Source: Acidimicrobiia bacterium (lineage in GTDB: Bacteria; Actinomycetota; Acidimicrobiia; IMCC26256; PALSA-555). From it: a DNA stretch of 37,367 bases. Under the pieces are notes generated by a model that was not told the origin of the DNA, made no database searches, and was given only the letters and a program-made list of their open reading frames with translations. Both the position numbers and the translations under genes were made by a program. Shown in pieces: positions 18,794 through 26,700 of this stretch; within the stretch, counting starts at the first letter, position 1; each line of letters starts with the position of its first letter. Location: contig JALHSW010000244.1 in the NCBI GenBank assembly GCA_022865365.1, positions 1 through 37,367 of the forward strand. Direction: 5' to 3'.

Positions 18794-19747
18794 TCAGGCG
18801 AGCAGGACGATCTTTCCGAGATTGCCGCCGCCCGCGAAGTGCTCGTAGGCCACCGTCGCGTCGGTCATCGGGTATTCCGCGGCGATCGGGACCTCCACCG
18901 AACCCGCCTCGAGGAGCGGGAGCACCGACCGCTCGACCGCCCGGGTTGCGGTCGCCTTGTCCTCGAGCGGGCGGGCGCGCAGTGTCGAGCCGTGGATCCG
19001 GCCGCGCTTGCCCATGAGCGTGAGGAGGTTGAGCTCGGCGCTGGCCCCGCCCCCGACCCCGATGACGGCGATGCGCCCGCCGCTCGCGAGCTGTTGGACG
19101 TCGGTGGCCAGGTTCGGTCCGCCGACCAGCTCCAGCACGACGTCGAACGGGCCCTTCGTTGAGAAGGCGTCGGGTTCGCAGACATCGACGACTCCGCACG
19201 AGGCGCCGATCTCCGCGACGGCGTCGCGCAGCCCGGGATTGCGGACCGTCGCCACGACGTGCGCTCCAGCGTGCGCCGCCAGCTGAATGCCGGCGATACC
19301 GACACCGCCGGCGGCACCGTGCACGAGGGCGCGCTCGCCGAGTGTGAGTTGACATTGGGAGAACAGCGCGTCGTGTGCCGTCGTGAACACCTCCGGGAAA
19401 CCACCCGCGGCGCTCCACCCAACGCCGTCGGGGACGGGGAGAGCGATGCGTTCGTGGACGATCGCGAGCTCCGCCTGCCCACCGCCACCCACGATCGCCA
19501 TCACCCGGTCTCCCACGGCGAAGCGGCTGACCCCCGGTCCGGTCGCGGCCACCTCACCGGCGAGCTCGAGGCCGGGGATGTCGGCGGGCGAACCGGGCGG
19601 CGCAGGGTAGAGCCCGTTGCGCTGCATCATGTCGGCGCCGTTGAGTCCGGCCGCCCGTACCCCCACGAGCAGCTCGCCGTGCCCGGGCTCGGGGTCGGGA
19701 TGCTCCTGGAACTCCAGGGCGCCGTCAACGATCGTCACTGCGCGCAT
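18794..19747 (-). CDS. NADPH:quinone oxidoreductase / zinc-type MDR family
   Basis: GLNGADMMQRNGLYP, GLELAGEV, and Rossmann motif HGAAGGVGIAGIQLA. Confidence 0.85.
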   Translation of the reverse strand: MRAVTIVDGALEFQEHPDPEPGHGELLVGVRAAGLNGADMMQRNGLYPAPPGSPADIPGLELAGEVAATGPGVSRFAVGDRVMAIVGGGGQAELAIVHERIALPVPDGVGWSAAGGFPEVFTTAHDALFSQCQLTLGERALVHGAAGGVGIAGIQLAAHAGAHVVATVRNPGLRDAVAEIGASCGVVDVCEPDAFSTKGPFDVVLELVGGPNLATDVQQLASGGRIAVIGVGGGASAELNLLTLMGKRGRIHGSTLRARPLEDKATATRAVERSVLPLLEAGSVEVPIAAEYPMTDATVAYEHFAGGGNLGKIVLLA

Positions 19748-19813
19748 GGCGGGAGGCTACGTGCTCCTACAAGACGGGTCGCCGAATACGGATCGAGGGG
19801 TACCGTCACCTCT

Positions 19814-20173
19814 GTGTCCCGCGAGTCGCTCGTGTTCTTCGACGACGAAGCCAACGAGGTGGTCCTCGACGAGGGCGAGGCTGCGAGCCTGCACGAGCTC
19901 ACCGATGGGCTGGAATCAGCGACGGTGTCGGCGTGCCAGCAGTGCCGGAGTCGAGTGCTCGCGTGCGTGGCCCTCGTCGACGTCCTCGATGATGCCCCGC
20001 CACATCCACGCTCGGGGGAGCTCGTCGACCTCGCAGAGGAAGCGCCGACGCCGCACCTGTTCGTGCAGGACCTCATCTCGGGCTGTCGGCATCGTGTGTG
20101 GCGTGATCCCGGATACGCGGAGTGGCGCGGGGCACTCGACGAACTGCTCGGCGAACCGCGCGGCGTCCATTGA
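19814..20173 (+). CDS. Hypothetical acidic protein with a CxxC motif (about 119 aa)
   Basis: GC3-rich frame and GTG 19814 about 14 nt after GAGGGG. Contains CQQC plus two further Cys and a nearby His (SGCRH). No family recognised. Confidence 0.5.
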   Translation: MSRESLVFFDDEANEVVLDEGEAASLHELTDGLESATVSACQQCRSRVLACVALVDVLDDAPPHPRSGELVDLAEEAPTPHLFVQDLISGCRHRVWRDPGYAEWRGALDELLGEPRGVH

Positions 20174-20189
20174 TTGAGGGCAGGTCGGC

Positions 20190-20777
20190 CTAGCGTTCGA
20201 CTGAGGGGCGCTTGAACTCGTTGAGCCGAGTCCACGAGAGCAGCTCGAGCATCCGTTCGAGATCGTCGACGCGGCCGCGCTCCATGAACCGCACGAACGC
20301 GGCATCGTCGCCGTCGATGAACGTCGGCACGCCCCAGACGCCCCAGCGGTCGACGGCTTCGCTGTGCTCTGCGGCGAGCGTCTTGAGCGGTCGGCCGCTC
20401 TCGACCTCGGCCGCGACCGCGTCGGCGTCGAGCCCGACCGACCCGACCACGTCTCGGAGCACGTCCTCGCGCCCGAGCTTGAGGCCGTGGTCGTGGCGGG
20501 CGGCGAAGAGCGCGACGTGCGCGTCGAGAAAGTGGTCGGGGAAGGCGTCGCGGACCGCGAGGCCGTAGAGCAGCGCGAGGACCCCGGTGCCCCGCTCGTT
20601 CGGCGCCCGGTCCCACACGGCCGGCTCGCCGTCTGCGATGTGTACCTGATCGAGCGAGAAGGGGAGGAAGCGCGCGTCGAGGTCGGCACCCTCCTGGATC
20701 GCCGTGACCACAGCGGCGTTGCCGTTGTAGGCGAAGGGGCATCGGTAGTCGAAGGTGACGGCAACGGCGCGGGTCAT
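20190..20777 (-). CDS. DsbA-like thioredoxin-fold protein
   Basis: VTFDYRCPFAY N-terminal motif and C-terminal GVWGVPTF are typical of the DsbA/HCCA-isomerase-like fold. GGAGGAG lies upstream of ATG 20777. Confidence 0.7.
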   Translation of the reverse strand: MTRAVAVTFDYRCPFAYNGNAAVVTAIQEGADLDARFLPFSLDQVHIADGEPAVWDRAPNERGTGVLALLYGLAVRDAFPDHFLDAHVALFAARHDHGLKLGREDVLRDVVGSVGLDADAVAAEVESGRPLKTLAAEHSEAVDRWGVWGVPTFIDGDDAAFVRFMERGRVDDLERMLELLSWTRLNEFKRPSVER

Positions 20778-20877
20778 GGCGAGCTCCTCCATCTTACGCT
20801 GACAGGCAGCGGCTCACCCACGGTAACCCGACCCGCTGAGTCGGCGTTCCCCCGGATGAATCGGTCGGGGTTGCGGG

Positions 20878-21435
20878 TCACCGCACGAATCGTCGGGCGA
20901 CGGCGCCCAGCGCCAACCCGAGCGCGGCTCCGGCAGCCACGTCTGAGGCGTGGTGCATGCGCACGTAGACGCGACTCGACGCCACCAGCGCCGCGAGGGT
21001 GAACCACGCCGGCGCGGTCCGCCGGTCGCTCAGGACGGTCGCGCACATGAACGCCGTGGCTGCGTGGCCCGACGGGAACGACGACGTGATCGGACGACGC
21101 ATCCCGTAGGGCAAGGGGTCCTCGTGCTCGAAGTGCTCCGGCGGTCGCTCTCGTCGGAACAACGATTTGACGAACCCGTTCGTGATTGCCGATTCGATCC
21201 CGAGCGCCAGACTGAAGCGCACCGCGGCGCGCGGGTCGCGGCGCACGAGCGCGCGGCCCGCGCCGATCGCGTGCCAGAGCATCCCGTGGTCGGCGGCACT
21301 CGACAGCCCGTAGAAGACACGATCCAGTGCCGGCGAGCGGTGCGGCTCGATCCACGCGTCGACGCGCTCATCGAGCACGGCGAAGCGTTCCTGCGCGTCG
21401 ACCATCGTCGACGATGCTACCGGCGGCTCGATCAT
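20878..21435 (-). CDS. PAP2-family phosphatase (membrane)
   Basis: All three PAP2 motifs are present: KSLFRRERP, PSGH and SRVYVRMHHASDV. Confidence 0.85.
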   Translation of the reverse strand: MIEPPVASSTMVDAQERFAVLDERVDAWIEPHRSPALDRVFYGLSSAADHGMLWHAIGAGRALVRRDPRAAVRFSLALGIESAITNGFVKSLFRRERPPEHFEHEDPLPYGMRRPITSSFPSGHAATAFMCATVLSDRRTAPAWFTLAALVASSRVYVRMHHASDVAAGAALGLALGAVARRFVR

Positions 21436-21459
21436 CAGCCCTCGATCATCAGCCCTCGA
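21427..21459 (-). repeat. 14-bp tandem duplication (2.4 copies) spanning the nitrilase-family stop and the PAP2 start
   Basis: Plus strand reads ctcgatcatcagcc|ctcgatcatcagcc|ctcga. Minus strand reads GAGGGCTGATGATC x2. Confidence 0.9.
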
Positions 21460-22402
21460 GCAGGGTCCCGTACGTGTCGGGGCGACGCGTGGTGAGCAAC
21501 GGAAAGAGGGTGAGCCAGTCTCGTCTCGCGTCGAGGTCGAGGTCGACGACGAGCACGCACGGCTCGTCGCGCGGCGCCTGCGCGAGGACGCGTCCGTACG
21601 GGTCGCACACGAACGACGAACCGTAGAACCGCAAGGAGCCCTCGACCCCGACGCGGTTCACCACCACCATGTGCAGGCCGTTCGCGATCGCGTTCCCGGT
21701 GATGACCCGCTCCCAGAGGGGCTCGGTGTCGAAGCCGGGATGGTCGGGCTCGCTCCCGATCGCCGTCGGGTACACGACAACGTCGGCGCCGGCGAGAGAG
21801 TAGGCCCGCGCGACCTCCGGGAACCACTGATCCCAGCAGGTCGGGAAGCCGAACGTCGCGCCGGCGAGCGGGATCGTCGGGTAGCCGGTGTCGCCGCCGC
21901 GGAACCAGCGGTCCTCGAAGTAGCCCTCGGTGACGGGGAGGTGGACCTTGCGGGTGCGGGCGACGAGCTCGCCCGATGGTGCGACGCAGATCGCGGTGTT
22001 GAAGCCGCGCCGGTCGTGGGTGCCGGTGGTGGCGTCGGCTTCTGGCGCGGCCTCGTAGAGCGATGCGTGCACGGACACGCCCGTCGTCCGGGCGAGGTGG
22101 GAGGCGAGCTCGTAGGTCGGCCCGCCGGGGAGCTGCTCTGGTGCGGCGCGAACGCCGAGCACCGTGGCGCCCGGCCCTGCGGGGTCAACGGCGAAGTACG
22201 GGGAGAGCGTCAGCTCCATCAGGCAGACGACCGCCGCACCTTCATGGGCCGCGAGGTGCACGCCCTCGGCGATCGCGGCCGCGTGCTCCTCCGGATTGGC
22301 ATGCCAGCGGTGTTGCACGAGCCCGACGCGCAGCGTGCCTCGCGTGGGGGCATCGACGCGGGCCGGTGACGTGGACGGACCCAGGGAGCGGAGCACTCGC
22401 AC
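21449..22402 (-). CDS. Carbon-nitrogen hydrolase (nitrilase superfamily; N-carbamoylputrescine-amidase-like)
   Basis: Glu-Lys-Cys triad contexts CLMELT, RKVHLP and FPTCWDQWFPE. The GTG 22402 start is uncertain. Confidence 0.8.
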   Translation of the reverse strand: MRVLRSLGPSTSPARVDAPTRGTLRVGLVQHRWHANPEEHAAAIAEGVHLAAHEGAAVVCLMELTLSPYFAVDPAGPGATVLGVRAAPEQLPGGPTYELASHLARTTGVSVHASLYEAAPEADATTGTHDRRGFNTAICVAPSGELVARTRKVHLPVTEGYFEDRWFRGGDTGYPTIPLAGATFGFPTCWDQWFPEVARAYSLAGADVVVYPTAIGSEPDHPGFDTEPLWERVITGNAIANGLHMVVVNRVGVEGSLRFYGSSFVCDPYGRVLAQAPRDEPCVLVVDLDLDARRDWLTLFPLLTTRRPDTYGTLLEG

Positions 22403-22434
22403 ATCACCAGTCTCGCGTCAGTACGCTGGGCGCG

Positions 22435-22662
22435 ATGCCGTGGGATCCCGACCGCCGTGCGGAGCCGCGCCTGCTCGGGGCGCAGTTCTGCGTCTGCGTC
22501 GTGGTCTGGACGGCGATCACCTTCCTGCTGGCGGGCGCCATCAGCGGCGATGGCTTCATCGCGGCCGTCGTGACCGGCGTGGTGCTCGTGGTGGTGAGCT
22601 GGATGCTCGTGAAGCTGGGCTGGGACCACGGGCCGAGCCGCTCCTCGGATCCGGGCGGCTGA
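22435..22662 (+). CDS. Small two-helix membrane protein (75 aa), unknown function
   Basis: GC3-rich frame with two hydrophobic helices (FCVCVVVWTAITFLLAGAI; AAVVTGVVLVVVSWMLV). Confidence 0.5.
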   Translation: MPWDPDRRAEPRLLGAQFCVCVVVWTAITFLLAGAISGDGFIAAVVTGVVLVVVSWMLVKLGWDHGPSRSSDPGG

Positions 22663-22665
22663 GGT

Positions 22666-23505
22666 TCAGCCGGCGGCGACGGGGAGTGCCGGCTCGATCA
22701 CCCTGCCGGGGCCGCGCAGCTCGAGCGCCTGCTCGGGGTCGCCACCGTACGCGGGGCAGTAGGGCTTGAACGTGCAGAAGTCGCACAGCCTGCTCGTCCG
22801 AGCTCGGAAGTCGTCGCGCGCACACGCCCCCTCGATCGCCGCCCAAAGCGCGGTCGTCTTGCGCGCGACACCGCGACAGCTCTGCTCGGTTGGGGTGGCG
22901 ATGATCGCCTCGGGCTTCGAGAGGTAGAGCAGCTGCACGCGCGCCGGCCGCTTCCCGAGCGTCTCCTCGCAGAGCAGCGCGTAGATGTGCACCCCGCCGA
23001 GGCTCTTGGACTCGAAGAACTCCGACGGGACCCTGCCGGTCTTGTAGTCGGTGACGACGAGCTCACCGTCGGCGTCGAGCTCGAGGCGGTCGATGATGCC
23101 GCGGATGCGCACCTTCCCGAGGTCGGCCTGGAGCTTGAGCTCGAGACCGATCGGGTGCACGGTCGTGGGATCCTCGAGTTCGAAGTAGCGCCGCACCAGC
23201 TCCTCGGCTTCGGCGTGGAAACGGGCGCGCTCCTCGTCGGTGAGATCGAGGTCGGCGAACTCGGAATCGTCGACGAGCTGGGTTCGGGCGACGTCGAGGT
23301 CGGCCAGCGCCGCGTCGATCGTGCGGTCGGTGGGGGGTCGGCACATCATCAGCTCGAGCGCCCGGTGGACCAGGGTGCCCTTGGATGCAGCCGGCGACGG
23401 GGGTTCCGGGAGGCGATCGAGGTACGAGAACTTGTAGGCGAGCGGGCACTGCTTGAAGCTCGAGATCGAGCTCGGCGAGACGGAGTAGGGCATCGCGCGA
23501 CTCAT
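22666..23505 (-). CDS. RecB-family PD-(D/E)XK exonuclease with a Cas4/AddB-type Fe-S Cys cluster
   Basis: GIIDRLELDADGELVVTDYKTG nuclease motif. N-terminal Cys (FKQCPLAY) plus C-terminal CDFCTFKPYC give the four cluster cysteines. Start is ATG 23505 or 23493. Confidence 0.75.
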   Translation of the reverse strand: MSRAMPYSVSPSSISSFKQCPLAYKFSYLDRLPEPPSPAASKGTLVHRALELMMCRPPTDRTIDAALADLDVARTQLVDDSEFADLDLTDEERARFHAEAEELVRRYFELEDPTTVHPIGLELKLQADLGKVRIRGIIDRLELDADGELVVTDYKTGRVPSEFFESKSLGGVHIYALLCEETLGKRPARVQLLYLSKPEAIIATPTEQSCRGVARKTTALWAAIEGACARDDFRARTSRLCDFCTFKPYCPAYGGDPEQALELRGPGRVIEPALPVAAG

Positions 23506-23616
23506 GTGCGGAGGGTACCGCCGGGGTGTGACGCCAACGTGGACTGCTTTTCCTGGTCCCGTCGCCCCACCCTGGGGTTGGTGCACCGTTACGCTCCCAG
23601 GCGCACCGACACCAGG

Positions 23617-23658
23617 TGAGCGGAGCATGACGAGCGTGGCATGAGGAGCGTGGCATGA
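23617..23658 (+). repeat. 14-bp tandem repeat x3 duplicating the SD-ATG region of the LLM gene
   Basis: tgagcggagcatga|cgagcgtggcatga|ggagcgtggcatga. ATGs fall at 23627, 23641 and 23655. Confidence 0.85.
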
Positions 23659-24665
23659 AAGTGGATGGCGGGATCCCCTCGGTCGGGATCGACGAGATCG
23701 CGCGCGTCGCACGGGAGCTCGAGGACGTCGGGTACGACGGCGGGCTCACGGCGGAGATGAACCACGATCCGTTCCTCCCGCTGGTGATCGCCGCCGAGCA
23801 CACCGAGCGCCTCGAGCTGGGCACCGGGATCGCGGTCGCCTTCGCGCGGAACCCGATGACCCTGGCGAACATCGGGTACGACCTCCAGATGTTCGCCAAG
23901 GGACGGTTCCGGCTCGGCCTCGGCAGCCAGATCAAGGCGCACATCGAGAAGCGCTTCTCGATGCCGTGGTCGCATCCCGCGCCCCGCATGCGCGAGCTGA
24001 TCCTGGCCACGCGCGCGATCTGGGACTGCTGGAACGACGGCACGCCGCTCGACTTCCGTGGCGAGTTCTACCGGCACACGCTGATGACGCCGTTCTTCGT
24101 GCCCGGCCCGAACCCCTACTCCAACCCCAAGATCTCCCTCGCGGCGGTCGGGACCCACATGACCGAGGTGGCGGCCGAGGTGGCCGACGGCGTCATCCTC
24201 CACGCGTTCACGACCGAGCGCTATGTGCGCGAGGTCACCCTGCCCGCGCTCGAGCGCGGGTTCGAGAGAGGTGGCAGGCAACGCAGCGACTTCGAGATCT
24301 CGGGACCGCTCTTCATCGTGTCGGGTGCGAACGAGGAGGAGCTCGAGAAGGCCCGGCAAGGCACGAAGCAGCAGATCGCGTTCTACGGCTCCACCCCCGC
24401 CTACCGCGGCGTCCTCGAGCTCCACGGCTGGGGCGACCTGCAGGACGAGCTGAACCGACTGTCGAAGCAGGGGGAGTGGGTCGCGATGGGCGACCTCATC
24501 ACCGACGACATCCTCGACGCGTTCGCCATCGTTGCCGAGCCCGAGGACATTCCCAAGGCGATGCTTGCCCGCTACGGCGACATCGTCGATCGGCTGTCGT
24601 TCTACGCGCCGTACCGGAGCGATCCGGACCGGTGGCGCCAGGTACTCGCCGGATTCCGGGAGTAG
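23655..24665 (+). CDS. Luciferase-like (LLM) oxidoreductase, probable F420-dependent class
   Basis: TIM-barrel LLM pattern (ELGTGIAVAFARNPMTLA..RFRLGLGSQ...) and a C-terminal region like the actinobacterial F420 LLM subfamily. GAGGAG lies 6 nt upstream of ATG. Confidence 0.8.
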   Translation: MKVDGGIPSVGIDEIARVARELEDVGYDGGLTAEMNHDPFLPLVIAAEHTERLELGTGIAVAFARNPMTLANIGYDLQMFAKGRFRLGLGSQIKAHIEKRFSMPWSHPAPRMRELILATRAIWDCWNDGTPLDFRGEFYRHTLMTPFFVPGPNPYSNPKISLAAVGTHMTEVAAEVADGVILHAFTTERYVREVTLPALERGFERGGRQRSDFEISGPLFIVSGANEEELEKARQGTKQQIAFYGSTPAYRGVLELHGWGDLQDELNRLSKQGEWVAMGDLITDDILDAFAIVAEPEDIPKAMLARYGDIVDRLSFYAPYRSDPDRWRQVLAGFRE

Positions 24666-24793
24666 GGCTCGAGACCAGCCCCACTGACGCAGCGCCCCGC
24701 CCCGCCCCCGGCCGTGTGGTCGATCGTTCTCAGGTTCGGCTCAGGTCGCATCGCCACACTGCGGAGGTTCAATCCCCCAGTGAGGAGATCTGC

Positions 24794-25258
24794 ATGAGTG
24801 ACGACGACAGCACCGAGTCCCAGCCCGAAGCGGCTGCGTCGGATCCGGTCCCGACACCCACGGCGGAACGTTCCGGCGTGCACATTCCCGGCTGGCTCGC
24901 CGGCGCGCTCGTGGTGGTGCTGGCCCTCGTGGTCGGCGGCGTGGGCTTCGCCATCGGCCGAACGACGGCGGACGACGGCGGCGGCGGCTTCCGGCCGGCA
25001 CTCGTGCGCAGCGCCCAGCAGAACGGAGGCCCGGGCGGCAACCAGTTCCCGGGTGGCCCCGGCGGAGAGGGTGGCCCAGGCGGACAGGGTGGCCCAGGCG
25101 GGCAGCGCGGTCCCGGCGAACAAGGTGGCCCCGGGGGACAGCGCGGCGATCAGGGCCAGAGCCCGAACGGCGGCGGTCCGCAGGATGGCGGTCCTCAGGA
25201 TGGCGGTCCTCAGGATGGCGGCAGCCAGGACGACGGCTCCAGCCAGGGCGGCACCTGA
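24794..25258 (+). CDS. Single-pass membrane protein with a Gly/Pro/Gln-rich repetitive C-terminal tail
   Basis: GAGGAG lies upstream of ATG. Acidic N-terminus, TM helix WLAGALVVVLALVVGGVGFAIG, then GGPGG(Q/E) and GGPQD repeats. Confidence 0.7.
   Translation: MSDDDSTESQPEAAASDPVPTPTAERSGVHIPGWLAGALVVVLALVVGGVGFAIGRTTADDGGGGFRPALVRSAQQNGGPGGNQFPGGPGGEGGPGGQGGPGGQRGPGEQGGPGGQRGDQGQSPNGGGPQDGGPQDGGPQDGGSQDDGSSQGGT
25052..25141 (+). repeat. In-frame 18-bp tandem repeat x5 (GGPGGQ/E units)
   Basis: ggtggccccggcggagag / ggtggcccaggcggacag / ggtggcccaggcgggcag / cgcggtcccggcgaacaa / ggtggccccgggggacag. Confidence 0.85.
25172..25231 (+). repeat. In-frame 15-bp tandem repeat x4 (GGPQD units, last copy diverged)
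   Basis: ggcggtccgcaggat / ggcggtcctcaggat / ggcggtcctcaggat / ggcggcagccaggac. Confidence 0.85.
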
Positions 25259-25273
25259 TTCCGGCACCCGAGT

Positions 25274-25295
25274 GCAGGGTCACCCCCGACCCTGC
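25274..25295 (+). terminator. GC-rich hairpin downstream of the Gly-rich gene
   Basis: gcagggtc-accccc-gaccctgc gives a perfect 8-bp stem. There is no U-tract. Confidence 0.4.
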
Positions 25296-25317
25296 GAGCT
25301 ACCGACTCCCGACCCGC

Positions 25318-25345
25318 GGGCCGGCTGCGTGATCGCAGCCGGCCC
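25318..25345 (+). terminator. Strong GC-rich hairpin (12-bp perfect stem, 4-nt loop)
   Basis: gggccggctgcg-tgat-cgcagccggccc. It lies between the Gly-rich gene and the next LLM gene and has no U-tract. Confidence 0.5.
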
Positions 25346-25463
25346 GGGTCCGGTCGGTCCATGGCGTTGCCCGCACCGAGCGCCCGTACCGAGCACGCGA
25401 CCCTAGGATCGGGAAGCTCCCCGTCCAGCTCGTCGGGGTGACGCGACCAAGCGAGGACGTGCG

Positions 25464-26342
25464 ATGCGGGTCGGGTTGTTCCTCCCGACGGTGAGCCCGA
25501 TGGCCACCCCCGAGTACCTCGCTGCTCATGCACGCGCTGCCGAGGAAGCAGGGTTCGCGTCGATCTGGGTCGGAGAGCACGTCGTGTTCCTCGATGAGTA
25601 CACGTCGAGGTACCCCTACGCCGCCGACGGTCGTCTGTCGCTCCCACCCGACGCCGGGCTGCTCGAGCTGTTCACGACGCTCACGTTCCTGGCCGCGGTC
25701 ACCGAGCGAATCCGCCTCGGGACTGCCGTGTGCCTCGTACCGCAGCGCAACCCCGTGTACACGGCGAAGGAGGTCGCGACCCTCGACTGGCTCTCGGGTG
25801 GTCGGGTCGACTTCGGCATCGGCATCGGTTGGCTCCGCGAGGAGTTCGAGGTGTTGCACGAGGCGTTCGACGAGCGCGTGCCGCGCACGCGCGAGTACAT
25901 CGAGGTGATGCGGCGGCTGTGGTGCGACGAGGTGTCTCAGCACGCGGGCGAGCTCTATGCCCTGCCGCCGTGCCGGATGTACCCCAAGCCGGTGCAGGAC
26001 CCGCATCCGCCGATCTACGTCGGAGGTGAGTCCGACGCCGCGCTCCGACGTGTCGCCGAGCTCGGCGACGGATGGCACGGGTTCAACCACCTCCCCGACA
26101 GCGCCGGTGCTTCGGTGCAGCGCCTCGAGCGTGCGCTCGCGGCGGTGGGACGAACGCTCGGCGACATCGATGTGACCATCGGCGCCTACCTCCAGCCGGT
26201 GGAGCCGAAGCACCTTGGCGGATATCGCGATGCGGGGGTGGACCAGCTCGTGCTGTCAGCGTTCGCCAGGGATGCGGCGGGGATCCGTGACGAGGTCGCC
26301 CGCCTGGGCGAAGCGTTCGTCGGCCCCGCGGCCGAGCTGTAG
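25464..26342 (+). CDS. Luciferase-like (LLM) oxidoreductase, probable F420-dependent
   Basis: MRVGLFLP..GFASIWVGEHVVF..RLGTAVCLVPQRNPV..GRVDFGIGIGW is the typical LLM pattern. Confidence 0.85.
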   Translation: MRVGLFLPTVSPMATPEYLAAHARAAEEAGFASIWVGEHVVFLDEYTSRYPYAADGRLSLPPDAGLLELFTTLTFLAAVTERIRLGTAVCLVPQRNPVYTAKEVATLDWLSGGRVDFGIGIGWLREEFEVLHEAFDERVPRTREYIEVMRRLWCDEVSQHAGELYALPPCRMYPKPVQDPHPPIYVGGESDAALRRVAELGDGWHGFNHLPDSAGASVQRLERALAAVGRTLGDIDVTIGAYLQPVEPKHLGGYRDAGVDQLVLSAFARDAAGIRDEVARLGEAFVGPAAEL

Positions 26343-26379
26343 GAGAGACTGGTGACTGGGAGAACAGGGGGAGCGGAAG

Positions 26380-26700
26380 ATGGTGGAGCGCACGCTCGGA
26401 GACGTAGCGACCAGGGTGCTGTTCGAGAACGAGCGGGTGAAGGTGTGGGAGCTGGCGCTCGCGCCGGGTGAGACGTCCGACGTGCACGAGCACCACCACG
26501 ACTACCTGCTCATCCAGCTCGAAGGTGACAAGATCGCCGGCATCTTCGAAGCGGACACCCACGGTGAGTACCCACCGGGCACGGTGGAGGGCGATGTGGC
26601 GCCCGGCAACGTCTTCTACACGGCGAAGGGTGGGATCGAGACCGCGAAGAACACCGGCCAGCAGCACTACCGCGAGATCCTCGTCGAGCTGAAGGATTGA
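26380..26700 (+). CDS. Small cupin-domain protein
   Basis: About 106 aa, beta-rich, with His cluster DVHEHHHDY in cupin motif-1 position. Confidence 0.65.
   Translation: MVERTLGDVATRVLFENERVKVWELALAPGETSDVHEHHHDYLLIQLEGDKIAGIFEADTHGEYPPGTVEGDVAPGNVFYTAKGGIETAKNTGQQHYREILVELKD

Noticed and set aside
17575-19418. Minus-strand ORFs 17575..18789 (404 aa) and 18252..19418 (388 aa)
   Set aside because: Their translations are Arg/Gly-rich and they overlap the lipoprotein and Qor genes, which have a lipobox and a Rossmann motif respectively.
19735-20764. Minus-strand ORFs 19735..20742 and 19916..20764 (Arg/Pro-rich)
   Set aside because: They are off-frame relative to the DsbA-like gene and antisense to the CxxC ORF, with implausible composition.
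22666-23505. Cas4-like nuclease as a marker of a CRISPR or defence locus
   Set aside because: There is no repeat-spacer array, no other cas genes and no defence-type neighbours. Stand-alone RecB-family nucleases of this form are common housekeeping genes in actinobacteria.
23063-24425. Minus-strand ORFs 23063..24043 and 23589..24425, plus the plus-strand 430-aa ORF 23966..25258
   Set aside because: They are shadow frames of the LLM gene. Only the last 154 codons of 23966..25258 (from ATG 24794, which has an SD) look genuine.
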